Shown: piece after piece, positions 1 to 11,739 of the stretch
Position numbering within the stretch: position 1 is the first letter of the stretch
Layout: every line of letters starts with the position of its first letter
Assembly: GCA_963729675.1 (NCBI GenBank)
Contig: CAVSOV010000014.1
Span: 162,181 to 226,180 of the forward strand
DNA length: 64,000 nucleotides
Reading direction: 5' to 3'
DNA from: an uncultured Acidobacteriaceae bacterium
GTDB taxonomy: Bacteria; Acidobacteriota; Terriglobia; Terriglobales; Acidobacteriaceae
The notes under the pieces: model-generated
What the model saw: the letters and a program-made list of their open reading frames with translations, nothing else
The model's database searches: none
Told to the model about the DNA's origin: nothing
Translations under genes and position numbers: made by a program

Positions 1-143
1 TTCGCGACTGGTGCATTCCGCCTCTCGAGAATCTCCACTTCCCCGAGTACGCTGCGCGATTTGACGCTGCAACTCCGGGCACCACGATGAACATTCCGCT
101 CAACCCACCCCCAGAATGGTTTATGGAAATCACAAAGAAGTAG
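1..143 (+). CDS. 3' end of a truncated upstream membrane/glycan-modification-type protein
   Basis: Open frame from position 3 reading RDWCIPPLENLHFPEYAARFDAATPGTTMNIPLNPPPEWFMEITKK* with TAG at 141-143; product inferred only from context. Confidence 0.5.
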   Translation, partial: RDWCIPPLENLHFPEYAARFDAATPGTTMNIPLNPPPEWFMEITKK

Positions 144-165
144 CGATTCTGCTGAGGACCAAACA

Positions 166-1962
166 TTGCCGGCACCTAGTCCCGTAAAAGATCCCGTTAC
201 CGAAGCCGACAGGGTAAGGCTGTTCTCGCGCGATGGCTTGCTGTGTGCGGCGCTGCTCGGACTGTCCATCCTCGCTACATGGCCGGTCGCGGAGATCGGC
301 ATCAATGACGACTGGTCATCCATCCGAACCGCCCAGGTCTTCGCTCAGACTCACCACTTCGTCTACAACGGCTGGCTGGCCACGATGCTCGGGTGGCAGG
401 TCATCTGGGGAGCTTTCTTCGCATGGATCTTCGGGCCAGGCTATACCGGCATTCGACTCTCGACGGTGCCCATCGCCCTGGCGACCGCCCTCCTGTATCA
501 CGCGATCCTGCGCGGCTTCGGCCTCAATCGCGCGCATGCCGTCTTCGGCACGCTCGTGCTTACGCTCAGCCCTCTTTTCCTGGCCATCACGGACACCTTC
601 ATGACCGATGTCTCCGGCCTCTTCAGCATTCTGCTCTGTCTTTATCTTTGTCAGCGGGCGATCGCGGCCGAAGAGGACTCGCACGCTGCGATGTGGCTTG
701 TCTTCGCCGGGCTCACGAACATCCTCTCCGGAACAGCACGGCAGGTCTCATGGCTCGGCGTTCTCGTCATGGTGCCCTGCTGCGGCTGGCTGCTTCGCCG
801 CCGGCGCTTCATCATCCCAGCCACAGTCATCACGTGGCTGGCCGGAGTGTTCTCGATCCACGGGCTCATGGCCTGGTTCGCGCGTCAGCCCTACTCCATT
901 TCGGTGAAGATGTTTCCCGACGGAATGAGTATCCACGTCCTGGACCGAATCGTCGTAGAGACCGCGCGCTCATCCATGTCGACACTGCTCTTCCTGTTGC
1001 CCGTCTTGGTTGCCTTCGCGGCGGCCGTATGGCCCCCGCGCAAATCGCAGCTTGTTCGAGCGTTCGCTCTTTTCGCGGCTCTTGCCATTCTCTATCTGCT
1101 GCTCAATGCTCGGAGCCGCGGCGACATGATCGTCTTCCCCTGGCTCGCCGGCTCGGGCAACATCATCACCCCTCACGGAGTCATGCAGGATCAGCCCCTG
1201 TTTGGCTCCACGCGGCAGGCATCGACCCGGTGGCAGCTTCTCGTTCTCGCGGTCTTCGCGTTCGGCTTTCTAGGCTGGGTGGAAGCGATGCGTGCGCTCC
1301 CCCGCCGCACTCTCCAGCCGGTCGATCATCAGGAGCGGCGAGTCACGTCCATCCTGTTGCTGCCGACTCTTCTTGCGTATTGCGTTCTGCTGCTTCCCTT
1401 TGCCGCGCTCGTCGTGGTCTTCGATCGCTACCTTCTCCTCATCGTGGCGTTCGTGCTCATCTACCTGCTGCGAGCCCATCAGGAGCGCGTGGGCCCACAC
1501 ATTCCCGCGGCGGCCACAGCTGTGCTTGTGATCTTCGCTCTTCTCGGCATCGCGGGCACACACGATCTCTTCTCTCTCAACAGGGCAGAGGTTCGTCTTC
1601 TGCGCGAGCTTCAGCAGGCCGGTGTTCCACGAACCCAGATACGCGGGGGCTTTGATTTCGACTCGATCACCCAGGTTGAAACGGCGGGCTACCTCAACGA
1701 CTCACATATCGTTAATCCGCCGAACGCCTATCGTCCTCAGCCCACGCCCGCACCGAATTTTCGCGACGGAGCAGACTGCGGATATCCCTTCCATCGATAC
1801 GTTCCAGCTCTTCAAATCCGCTACGCCATCTCGGCAGACCCCACACCCTGTCTCGCGCCCACAGCATTCGCGCCTCAAACCTACTTCACGCTGCTTCCAC
1901 CGGCGAGACGCGAACTCTTCATAGGCAGCGTTCTCCCTGGTGACGGTCGAGGGTCACACTAA
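166..1962 (+). CDS. GT-C fold (ArnT/PMT, family 39-like) integral membrane glycosyltransferase
   Basis: 598 aa, many TM helices, N-terminal acidic loop 'INDDWS', 'TFMTDV' motif, C-terminal periplasmic domain. Confidence 0.7.
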   Translation: MPAPSPVKDPVTEADRVRLFSRDGLLCAALLGLSILATWPVAEIGINDDWSSIRTAQVFAQTHHFVYNGWLATMLGWQVIWGAFFAWIFGPGYTGIRLSTVPIALATALLYHAILRGFGLNRAHAVFGTLVLTLSPLFLAITDTFMTDVSGLFSILLCLYLCQRAIAAEEDSHAAMWLVFAGLTNILSGTARQVSWLGVLVMVPCCGWLLRRRRFIIPATVITWLAGVFSIHGLMAWFARQPYSISVKMFPDGMSIHVLDRIVVETARSSMSTLLFLLPVLVAFAAAVWPPRKSQLVRAFALFAALAILYLLLNARSRGDMIVFPWLAGSGNIITPHGVMQDQPLFGSTRQASTRWQLLVLAVFAFGFLGWVEAMRALPRRTLQPVDHQERRVTSILLLPTLLAYCVLLLPFAALVVVFDRYLLLIVAFVLIYLLRAHQERVGPHIPAAATAVLVIFALLGIAGTHDLFSLNRAEVRLLRELQQAGVPRTQIRGGFDFDSITQVETAGYLNDSHIVNPPNAYRPQPTPAPNFRDGADCGYPFHRYVPALQIRYAISADPTPCLAPTAFAPQTYFTLLPPARRELFIGSVLPGDGRGSH

Positions 1963-2049
1963 CGCCCACTACATCGTTGCAAAAAACAAAGAACGGTCGT
2001 GATCTTGCGCCAACCGCCCAGGTCAACCAGGAGGTATGTTCTATGCAGC

Positions 2050-3765
2050 TCACTCCTGACGTCGCAGAATGGTCAACTCACCATACTGCTGGACAGCCTT
2101 ATAGTGGGCAGAAATGTAATCGTCCAGCAGGTGAACACCTGTACTCACTGCGCTACCATTTGGCTCCCGCAGGTTGTCGAACTCGCTGTCGAGCACAACG
2201 TAGGGAGGCTTGCGCTGCTCGAGCTCGCCGATCATCTCATGTTGAATGTCCTCGCGATTCTGCAGGAACGGATCAAAGTGTGACCACTTGGTCGCGGGAA
2301 GCCGCTGTGCGGCGAAGTAGGTGATGTTGTCGTTAATGAAGATTCGGTCATGATGGGGCAAGCCCACGTAGAGATAATCTTCCGGATGCGTATGCGCATC
2401 CAGATAGGTAATGGTCTGGATGTGATCCTCGTCCAGCAGAAAGCAGAAGCCTCTCGTAATGGGAGTGCCCTGATGGCACCAGCTTCGAAACTCGGGACCG
2501 GGAGGCTGCCTGCCAGGAGTTACGATCCAGTTGATCGCCAGCGGTTGTAGATGCGTGTGGCTGAACAATTGGATCCAGGTGGAAGATAAAGCAGCAAGGG
2601 CAAATAGAGCGATCGTCCCTGTCAACAGGCCGCGCAGCCAGATATTGAGCGAGGCCCGATGCTGAACCAGGACGGCCCCAACAAGTACGGAAGCCATAAC
2701 CCCTCCATACATTCCCTCCACACTGGCGCGGACCAGACCTTTCATGGAGATCATCGCGGTCGTCACGCCAAGCGCCACCAGCAGATTCACCCACTCAGGT
2801 GTCGGAGCCTCCGATTCATCCGCAGTTGCTCTCCTCCGCGCGATCGCCCAGTGGGCAACCATCCAAAAACTTATCGCAAGGATGACTGGCAATAAATAAA
2901 CAGCGATCTCGCCAAATGCCGGCCCCGGGCGCGGTACCGGGAAGGGCAGTTCGCGCCCAACGCGATAATACTTCGCTGTGTAGATCACGATGTCGTAGAG
3001 AAGATCGCGAAGTGGAGCGACAGAGAGATACGCAATCGCAGCCGGAGCAACTGTGATTGCAAAGGCGACAAGGTACGGTCCGATCACCGAGGTGATAAGG
3101 CCACCCGTTGACCTTCTCGTCGCGGGCTTTTCCAGCCACCTGATGATCACTACCGCCACGAGATTCGCGGCAATGATTTCGATGCCCACGTCGTAGCGAA
3201 AGAAAAACATGATGGCCGTCAGAACTCCCGCGCCCACGGCACGCCGGCGCTGCGATAGCACATCACGGACCGGAAGAATCAGCCACGAAGCCCAAAGTAT
3301 CAACGTGCATAGAGCCGGAATCATGAGGCTCTCGGTCATAAACAAGCCGATTGCCCATAGCAGGCCGACCATTGCGGCACCAGCGGCAAGGTGACGGCCG
3401 CAGAACTTACGCGTCAGCGCGTACAAGGTGACCACCAACCCCGCCGCGAAAGATATGTCCGCGAGGCGTTCTGCAAGAACCGAAGGACCGACCAGCTTGA
3501 ACAAGCCGGCAAGCAGGTACAACTGCGCGGGTCCATAGTTGTAATAAAAGTCGCGATGCAACACCTGACCGGCCATTGTCCGCATGGTTCCGGTAAGCAG
3601 GATGCCCTCGTCGTAGAGATTCACAATCCTGCTGCTCAAGAGAAAGAGAAGGGCCGCTACCCCAACAAACAGAAGCAGGCTCTCAAAGAGGATGCGGCGA
3701 TCAAAAGGACTGGTCTGGCTTTCCTCATACTTAGACATCGAGACCGCATCTGTCTCTTGATTCAT
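2050..3765 (-). CDS. GT-C fold membrane glycosyltransferase-like protein
   Basis: 'NLYDEGILL...DFYYNYGP' first-loop motif and multiple TM helices. Start trimmed to MNQET (3765), alternative start 3738. Confidence 0.65.
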   Translation of the reverse strand: MNQETDAVSMSKYEESQTSPFDRRILFESLLLFVGVAALLFLLSSRIVNLYDEGILLTGTMRTMAGQVLHRDFYYNYGPAQLYLLAGLFKLVGPSVLAERLADISFAAGLVVTLYALTRKFCGRHLAAGAAMVGLLWAIGLFMTESLMIPALCTLILWASWLILPVRDVLSQRRRAVGAGVLTAIMFFFRYDVGIEIIAANLVAVVIIRWLEKPATRRSTGGLITSVIGPYLVAFAITVAPAAIAYLSVAPLRDLLYDIVIYTAKYYRVGRELPFPVPRPGPAFGEIAVYLLPVILAISFWMVAHWAIARRRATADESEAPTPEWVNLLVALGVTTAMISMKGLVRASVEGMYGGVMASVLVGAVLVQHRASLNIWLRGLLTGTIALFALAALSSTWIQLFSHTHLQPLAINWIVTPGRQPPGPEFRSWCHQGTPITRGFCFLLDEDHIQTITYLDAHTHPEDYLYVGLPHHDRIFINDNITYFAAQRLPATKWSHFDPFLQNREDIQHEMIGELEQRKPPYVVLDSEFDNLREPNGSAVSTGVHLLDDYISAHYKAVQQYGELTILRRQE

Positions 3766-4001
3766 TTGTCCCAACCCACCCCGCGTGCCTGCCGAATCTG
3801 TCGAGCTGCCCTTTTGAAACAAGCTTCCTCCGAAACACTTTGTCATCGTTCGATGACCGCCGCCCGAACTGCATCCAATTATTATCCGCTTACAAGTCCC
3901 ACACCCCGGCCTCGCGCAGCAGGGGAACAATGATGTGGTCTGCACGCCCGCAGGCCGCGATTCGATTACGTCGTTCGATGGCACGCGTGTAGCATCGATG
4001 G

Positions 4002-5244
4002 TTGATGGCTTCTAGTATCACGTCCCCATCGGTCCAGCGCGCCGGCCACGGAACGAGCTCCCGGATCTTCGAACTTGATGGTCTGAGAGCCATCGCCATT
4101 CTGCTGGTAGTTGGCTGTCACTATCCAGGTTTCGCAGGCCGTCTCTGGCGCCTTCCCGAATTCGGCTGGATTGGCGTGGACATCTTCTTCGCGCTCTCGG
4201 GTTATCTCATCACCACCATCCTCCTCGGTCTCCGTGGACGTCGCACTCCCTATCGCACTTTCTACTCGCGCCGCTTCATTCGTATCCTGCCGCCCTACCT
4301 CGCAACAACACTGTTTCTTCTGGTCATCGCCTTTCGCGAGCACTGGCACATCGGCAACTTTCTCGCCTCACAGCTTCTGTTCCTGCAGGGGATTCCCGAG
4401 AGCACGCGGGACTTCTTCATGCAGTTCATCCGCCATCCGTGGTATCACCTGACACACTTTCCATCTCTCCTCGCTAACGCTCACGCGCTTCCGCTCGGTA
4501 GCAGTGGCACCCGCATGGACTACGCCTATGTTCCGCCGACCTACTGGTCGCTAAGCATCGAGGAGTACTTCTATCTCCTTTGGGCACCCATCGTGCTTCG
4601 TTGTTCTCTCAGAACTATTCTGCGGATCGCCGCCGCGATGTGCATTCTGGAGATGGTTATCCGCTGGATCGTCGGAACCGACATGGCCTACTTCAGCCTG
4701 CCTTGTCGCTTCGACGCTCTGCTCTACGGAGCCCTTCTGGCCATCCTGTTCGATGAATGGCGGCGGAGCGGTATCCCCCGATGGGCCGCCTCGTCGTTCA
4801 CTTCCTTGTTCTTGGTCTCCTGTGCCGGCATAGGGTTGATTCTGTATGCCGTGCGCCCCATCATCGGGCGAGAGATCCGAGCGTCCGTGCTCTTTTATGG
4901 TCTTCGGCATCTCGCTCATCTCCATCGCCTTTTGTGCCTTGATGGGGCTGCTTCTCCTGCATGCGGGTGGCCCGTGGTGGCTCGCGCGCATCCTTCGAAT
5001 CAAGGTGCTCCTGTTTATCGGCACCATCAGTTACACCATGTATCTCGTCCACATAATTGCCGGGACTATCGTGTCGAAGGTGGCCGACGCCACCCATGCG
5101 CATCTGCCCGAGGCGGTCCTTGCCTTCCTGCTGACCATCCTGATGGCTTACCTGTCCTGGCACTGGCTGGAAAAGCCGCTGCTCCGCTGGAAAGATCGCC
5201 GCTTCCCCAATGCCCCGCATCCCGCCGAACCCACACTGAGTTAG
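4002..5244 (+). CDS. Acyltransferase 3 (OafA/YrhL-like), frameshifted near 4895
   Basis: 'LDGLRAIAILLVV', 'GVDIFFALSGYLIT', 'RRFIRILP', 'YWSLSIEEYFY'; continues in frame 4846..5244 with 'IGTISYTMYLVH...SWHWLEKP'. Shift lies at a T run. Confidence 0.85.
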
Positions 5245-5306
5245 TCAGGGCGATACCTTCCCCCAAAATTCAGCGTATTGACACACAACTTCGCTATTTT
5301 GGTGGC

Positions 5307-6083
5307 ATGCTGCTTAGCTTCGTGGTCCCTGCGTACAACGAAGAGGCCTATCTTGGCGCCTGCCTCGAATCCATCCTCCATCAGACACGCGGCCTCGAGC
5401 ACCTCACCGAGATCATCGTCGTCAACAACGCCAGCACCGATTCCACACGGGAGATAGCTCTCAGTTATCCCGGCGTGCGTCTCGTCGACGAGTCGCGCAA
5501 AGGGCTTCCCTTCGCGCGACAGGCCGGCTTCCTCGCCTCCACAGGCTCGCTCATCGCCAACGTCGACGCCGACTCCCGCCTCACTCCTGGCTGGATCGAA
5601 AAGGTCCTTACCACCTTCCGCGAGCACGAGGGCGGAGAGCGTCCGCTCGTCTCTATCTCCGGCCCGCTCGTCTACTACGACCTCACGCCGCGTCAGAGCC
5701 GCCTCGTCAATGTCTTCTATGGCATCGCCTGGCTCACCTATGCGACCAACAAATACATCCTGCGCGTCGGCTCCATGGTGCAGGGCGGCAACTTCGTTCT
5801 CTCTCGCGCAGCGCTCGAGGCCATCGGTGGATACGACACCTCCATCACCTTCTACGGCGAGGACACCGACATCGCGCGCCGCCTGCACGCCGTCGGCAAG
5901 GTGCTCTTCACTTTTGATCTGAAGATGCTCTCCTCGGCGCGCCGCCTGAAGCATGAAGGCATGATCACCATCGCCTTCCGTTACGCCGTCAACTATTTCT
6001 GGACTACCTTCTTCAAGCGCCCCTTCACTCGCGAGCATATCGACATCCGCGAGCCCGAGCTCAGTCAGCAGTTCGAAGCCTGA
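5307..6083 (+). CDS. Glycosyltransferase family 2
   Basis: 'SFVVPAYNEE', 'VVNNASTDST', 'NVDAD' DxD motif, 'YGEDTDI'. Separate gene starting at ATG 5307; the ORF track fuses it to the acyltransferase only because of the frameshift. Confidence 0.9.
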   Translation: MLLSFVVPAYNEEAYLGACLESILHQTRGLEHLTEIIVVNNASTDSTREIALSYPGVRLVDESRKGLPFARQAGFLASTGSLIANVDADSRLTPGWIEKVLTTFREHEGGERPLVSISGPLVYYDLTPRQSRLVNVFYGIAWLTYATNKYILRVGSMVQGGNFVLSRAALEAIGGYDTSITFYGEDTDIARRLHAVGKVLFTFDLKMLSSARRLKHEGMITIAFRYAVNYFWTTFFKRPFTREHIDIREPELSQQFEA

Positions 6084-6216
6084 CGCCCCCGCCGCGTCAG
6101 CACCCGTGATGTCGCTCGAGTAAACGTCGCGCTCATCGCGTCCCACGCCGACACGACATCCACTCCCAACCACGCCACCGCTGCTGCTGCAATCCAACCC
6201 ACGGCACCCCTCCCGG

Positions 6217-7422
6217 TTATTGCAGCTCCATCTCCAGCGGCATCGAGTCGCTCACGCGAAGCGCCGCGCTCAGGCCATTGCGGAGGAACTCACTCCGTCC
6301 CAGCTTCACTACTTCAATAGCCATACGCAGCGGCCACGGCGCTCGTTCCTTCGCCCACAGCTCTTTCAGTGGCCTCATGTTGCCCTGCGTGTCCGGATGA
6401 AACGCCCGCTCGTCCCACTGTTGCCACCCCTCGATGAACCCCGGAAAGTCCGTTACGGCATTCAGCGTTGACTGCAGAATGCGTCCCTCCCACGGCTTTG
6501 CATACTGGTCCATGAACAGCACATGGCTTTGCCGCTCAATGCGGACCTCATCTACAAACTCGCGGAAGCTCCGCGCGTTCGTCAGGTTCACATTCGCATT
6601 CGGCTCCAGCCCATGCCGGTCGCCGCCGGAGATCAGCAGGTGGTCCGTCTCGCGCGCCAACCGCACCACCTCGCGGTTCTCCTTCGCGTGCCGCAGCCCG
6701 TTCAATTCCAGAGCGTGGATCGCCTCGCCCATCGCCGCGATAAATCGCACCACCTCGCGCCGGTGCACCGCGTCGCCCACCTTGTGCAGGTCCCACACCG
6801 GATGGTTGAAGACCACCAGCACGCCCGGCGTCGCATCCAGCTCTCGCACCATCGCGAGCAGCCTGGAATCCGTCGCCTCCACGCACGCACCGTAATACTC
6901 CTCTTCGCAGTCGCGCGCCGCCTCTGCCTCTCTGGTGTATTCCGCAAAGCGCCGCATCCACTCCGGCCCGTCCGCGCTGGGCAGGTTGTGGATCCCAAGA
7001 TGAAACTCCGTGTCTCCAAACGGCGCGCTCCACTCCACCGACACCGGAATGTGCCGCGCGCTCGGCACCGTGCGCAGCAGCATCGGCGCCTCAATCGTGT
7101 CGTGGTCCGTAATTGAGACCAGCGGATCGAGGCCCATCCTGCGAATCTGCTCCGCCTCCAGTTCGAACGCCATCTTCGGCAGCATCGGCGGCCGCCAGAA
7201 CGCGCGCTCGAAGTCCAGCGTCAGCCCGTACTTTTCCCGGCAGGCCTTCTCATACCGCCGCAGCACGATCCCCGCCGCCGGCAGCATCTCCACAAACATA
7301 TGCACAAACTTCAGCGACTCTTCCGAACAGCTGGTGTGGCTGTGCAGCGACACGCCCGTCTGGTATCGCTCCACCGCCGCGGCATCCTTCCACCTGCTTG
7401 TGATCTGGGTCTTCGGCTGCAT
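6217..7422 (-). CDS. PHP-domain-like metal-dependent hydrolase
   Basis: 'SLHSHT..S', 'SITDHDT', 'FHLG', 'FNHP', 'GGDRHG' are PHP-superfamily metal-ligand motifs. Confidence 0.7.
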   Translation of the reverse strand: MQPKTQITSRWKDAAAVERYQTGVSLHSHTSCSEESLKFVHMFVEMLPAAGIVLRRYEKACREKYGLTLDFERAFWRPPMLPKMAFELEAEQIRRMGLDPLVSITDHDTIEAPMLLRTVPSARHIPVSVEWSAPFGDTEFHLGIHNLPSADGPEWMRRFAEYTREAEAARDCEEEYYGACVEATDSRLLAMVRELDATPGVLVVFNHPVWDLHKVGDAVHRREVVRFIAAMGEAIHALELNGLRHAKENREVVRLARETDHLLISGGDRHGLEPNANVNLTNARSFREFVDEVRIERQSHVLFMDQYAKPWEGRILQSTLNAVTDFPGFIEGWQQWDERAFHPDTQGNMRPLKELWAKERAPWPLRMAIEVVKLGRSEFLRNGLSAALRVSDSMPLEMELQ

Positions 7423-7821
7423 CGCATAGCCTCCAGGGATCCGGTGCATCTGCACCAATCCTGAGGCATTTAGAGGAACACCCGATAAATGCTGTGCGAA
7501 CGCACATTGAATTCACCGCCGTACTCAAATTCGTCACGAACCACCCTGCATAACCGAGAGTGCCGGCAAGCCGAAGAGCTTCGCATCGCGACTCAACTGC
7601 TTCGGTTCAGGCGACTTATCCCTAAGAATCATCAGTTGGTCATCGCTTGAGCCCCTACGATCCCAAGAAGATACAAACCGGAATTCTCCGGAAATTCATA
7701 CCCACATGCCCACCGACTGTTCGATTTTCGGCCAAATGTTGAAACTTTCCTTTGGCCATTTACGTGCACGTAGCCCGATACAAGCACCCATCCTAATTGC
7801 AGAACTTCACTGGAGAGACCC

Positions 7822-10800
7822 ATGCATCTTTCGAGATTGCGGTCTGTCGTTTCGTCCCTTCTTCTTCTGCTGTCTGTACTCGCCCTCACCTCCTCAGCCC
7901 TCGCCGTCGAAGTCAACGGCCGTCTTAAAGGTTCTGTCACGGATCCTTCCGGTGCCGTCGTGCCCGGGGTCGACGTGACTGCAACGAACATCGACACCGG
8001 CGTCAAGTTCAATACCAAGACGCAGGCCGACGGCAACTACCTCTTCCCTCAGCTTCCCGTCGGCAAGTACAGCATCTCGGTCAGCGCGACCGGCTTCAAG
8101 GCATTCGTGGTCACGGGCATCATCATCAACATCGACCAGGAATATCTGCAGATAGTGAAGCTTGAGGTCGGCAGCAAGACGGAGACTCTTGAAGTCGCCG
8201 CTGACGCCGTTCAGGTCAACACCTCGGACATGCAGCTCAACAACATCGTCGACTCCAAGCAGATGGTCGAGCTGCCCCTGATTAACCGCACCTTCACTGG
8301 TCTCGAGCTCATCGAGCCCGGCGTGCAGGCCGCCAGCGATCGCTTCACCGGCAACTACTCGGCCAGCGGCTCGCAGTCGCAGCAGTCCGAGTTCCTCATC
8401 AACGGTGCCGACACCAATGACATCTCGCTGAACACACTGACCTACAGCCCCAACCTCGACGCCATCAATCAGTTCAACCTCGTCGAAGGCCCGCTCAACG
8501 CCGAGTACGACCGCAACTCCGGCGGCATCGTCAGCGCCACCCTCAAGGGAGGCACCAACCACTTCCACGGCGACCTCTTCGAGTTCTACCGCGACACCTT
8601 CCTCAACACGAACAACTACCTGCAGAAGTCCTTCAACTCCGCCGGTCAGCGCACCGACACCGTCGCCAAGTACCACCAGAACATCTTCGGCGCCACCATC
8701 GGCGGCCCAATCATCAAGGACAAGCTCTTCCTCTTTTACGGCTATCAGGGCACGCGTCAGATTGTTCCCGAATCCGGCGGCTCCGTCTCGGTCTACACGC
8801 AGGCAAACCTCAACGGAAACTTCTCCGAAGATCTGACGGCGCAGTCCAATCACTTCAACTACGTCTTCAGCCCACAGAAGATTCCCGGCACGATCACCTC
8901 GCTCGCCTCGCTCAGTCCGAGCTGCGTTCCGAACGGCACGAACACATGGTCCGCCTGCTTCAAGAGCTTACCTACGCCAGGCGTCATCCCCACCAGCGCC
9001 TTCAATACAGTCGCGTACAACCTGGTCAAGAAGTATGTCCCGCTGCCGAACAACAGCGGCGTCAGCCCGTATAGCTATATCTTCCATCCTCTGGTCACGA
9101 CCAAGGCCAATCAGGATCTCGCTCGCCTCGACTACGCGATCAGCGCGAAGAACCAGCTCACCCTCATCGGTGTCTACAACCGCTCGAGCGCTCCGGAGAC
9201 GCTGCCCTTCACCGGCGCAACACTGCCCGGCTTCGGCGACGTCAGCACCTCCTACACCCAGCAGTACACGCTCGATGACGTGCAGCAGTTCAGCCCCACG
9301 CTCGTCAACGAGTTCGCCGCTCACTGGACACGCTTCAACTATCAGGCGGTTATTCCGCAGGTTCCCACACAGCCCTCCAGCGCCGGCTTCTCGATCAGTC
9401 CGCAGAACACCGCCGGGGCCGGTCTGCCCACCATGGCGGTCGGCAACTTCTTCACCCTCGGCTTCTCCACCAACGGTCCTCAGCCGCGTATCGATCAGGT
9501 CTATCAACTCGGTGACAACGTCTCGAAGGTGGTCGGTCAGCATGCGTTGAAGTTCGGCTACGACGGCCGTCGCTTCAACGTCTCCAATCCCTTCAGTGCC
9601 CGCAACAATGGCAGCTATGCCTTCTCGAACAGCAACGCTACCAGCCCCTACACCACGGGTGACAGCTCGCTCGACTTCCTGCTCGGCATCCCGGGCACCT
9701 ATAGTCAGGGCTCCGGCGCCACCATCCAGGCGCAGGCCTACCTTAACTACCTCTATGGGCAGGACGCGTGGAAGGCCACCAAAACCCTCACCCTCAACTA
9801 CGGCCTCGGCTATTCGCTCGATACACCCCTCGTGCAGAAGCAGTACCAGGGCCTGGCCGTGCTCTGCCTCATCGGTGGTCAGCAGTCGACTGTCTTCCCG
9901 GGTGCACCCAAGGGCCTCAACTATCCCGGCGACAAAAACTGCAACAGCGCCGGCGGCGCCACTCTCTATCTTGGCGAGCTCGCTCCGCGCGTCGGCTTCG
10001 CCTGGTCACCTGACTTTGGATGGCTTTCGGGCGGCCCCGGCAAGTTCTCCATCCGCGGCGGCTTCGGCTTCTACTACGACCGCACCGAGGAAGAGAGCTC
10101 GCTCCAGACCCTCACCACACCACCGTTCGGCTCCTCGTCGGCCGGTGTCAACGACTACGCTCCTACCGGCACGGTTCTCACGCCCGGCTTCGCCAATCCA
10201 TTCCAGGACATCAACAGCGGCACGGCTTACGCCAACAAATTCCCCTATGCCTTCCCGAGTCCCCGGCGCCGCGATCAACTGGGCCAAGCTGGAGCCAATC
10301 GCCAAGAGCACTTACGCTCCGGGCTTCCGTGCTCCCTACGCTGAGAACTTCCAGTTGACCGTGGAACGCGAGTTCGCCTCGCGCATCGTGGCCCGCCTCA
10401 GCTACGTCGGCTCACTCGCTCATCGGAATCAGATCACCGCCGAAGGCAACTACGAGACCGCAGCTGGTCACGCGGCCTGCCTTGCTGCAACCACCACCTG
10501 CTCGGCCTTCACCTCCAGCGCGACGCAGGCGCCGATCGCATCCACCAACGCCAACAACCAGATGAAGAACTACCCGACGAACACCGCATGGGGCTCCATC
10601 GATCCCAACACCGGCCTCACCGGGTTCACCAGCATCGGCGAGGACAGCTCCGAGGGCTCCTCCAGCTACAACGCACTTCAGGCCAGCGTCGAGAAGGCCT
10701 ACACCCACGGCCTTTCCTTCCAGCTCAGCTACACCTTCTCGCACGCGCTCGATAACGGCTCCAGCTTCGAGGGCTCCGGCTTCGGTGGAACCAACGGCCG

Positions 10801-11458
10801 CGGCTACAACCAGTACCAGCAGAGCCTGAACTACGGAAACTCTTCCTTCGATGCGCGTCAGCGCCTCGTCTTCGCTCCCATCTACACCAGCCCGATCCTC
10901 CACGGCTCCAGCTGGTACAGCCCGATGAACCTGGCGCTCTCCGGCTGGCAGGTCTCCGGCATCACCACCGTCGCCACCGGCTTCCCGTAGGACTTCACCG
11001 TCGGCGGCTCCAACTCGCTCTGGTGCTCCAGCAGCAACAGCTTCTACGCCTGCCCCGACGTTCCGTTGCAGGTCGGTCCTCTCCAGACAGTGAATCCGCG
11101 CACCGCACCTCGCCTCAACGGACTCCCGATCTGGTACCAGAACGCCGGCGCCTCCTTCCGCGAGGAGCCCATCGGTCAGTTCGGCAACACGGCGCGCAAC
11201 GCCTACCATGGGCCAGGGATCAACAACACCAACATCATCCTGGCCAAGAACTTCAACCTGTCGGGTGACGGCGTCCGCAAACTCCAGCTCCGCATGGAGT
11301 CTGACAACGTCTTCAACCACACCCAGTTCAACCTCCCGACCGGCGCGCTCTCCCAGACCTTCAACCCGACCACCAACCTCTTCACGGGCAGCCCCGGCAC
11401 CATCGGGTCCGCTCAGTCGGCTCGCCAGACCCAGCTCGCCGCGAAATTTTACTTCTAA
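7822..11458 (+). CDS. TonB-dependent receptor (Oar-like, N-terminal carboxypeptidase-regulatory-like domain), interrupted by a frameshift (~10260) and an in-frame TAG (10988-10990)
   Basis: Signal peptide, 'GSVTDPSGAVVPG', 'LPLINR', 'GGTNHFHG..FEFYRD', C-terminal 'ARQTQLAAKFYF' with terminal Phe. Pieces are 7822..10344, 9596..10990 and 11066..11458. Confidence 0.9.
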
Positions 11459-11478
11459 TTTCACCGCATCACGACCCT

Positions 11479-11502
11479 ACGGGACGCCTTCGGGCGTCCC
11501 GT
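11479..11502 (+). terminator. GC-rich hairpin after TonB receptor 1
   Basis: ACGGGACGCC-TTCG-GGCGTCCCGT; weak U tract. Confidence 0.6.
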
Positions 11503-11739
11503 CGTCGTCCCTCTTCAGGACCGTCGGTCACCGTCAAACAGCCATTCATCCCGCCTGGCGGTCCTTCCGTCCCATGAATAAATCAGGGCCGATTTATCCA
11601 GAAATTCATAACGACGTCGCGCCATAGCGCAAGATTCCATCGCTTTACGGGCCAAATTCCCTTTTTCGCCTTTGGCACGAAACTTGCGTAAGTCTCTCTC
11701 AAGCACTTCATTTAAACCACTGGGGACGTGGAGAGACTT

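Noticed and set aside
4002-6083. 693-aa acyltransferase-GT2 fusion in the ORF track
   Set aside because: Artefact of a frameshift at ~4895; the acyltransferase ends at 5244 in another frame and the GT2 has its own start at 5307.
10988-10990. In-frame TAG in TonB receptor 1 as possible readthrough, pyrrolysine or recoding
   Set aside because: The paralog has a sense codon (TTC) here, TAG is used as a normal stop elsewhere in the window, and the assembly is error-rich; a base-call error or mutation is more likely.
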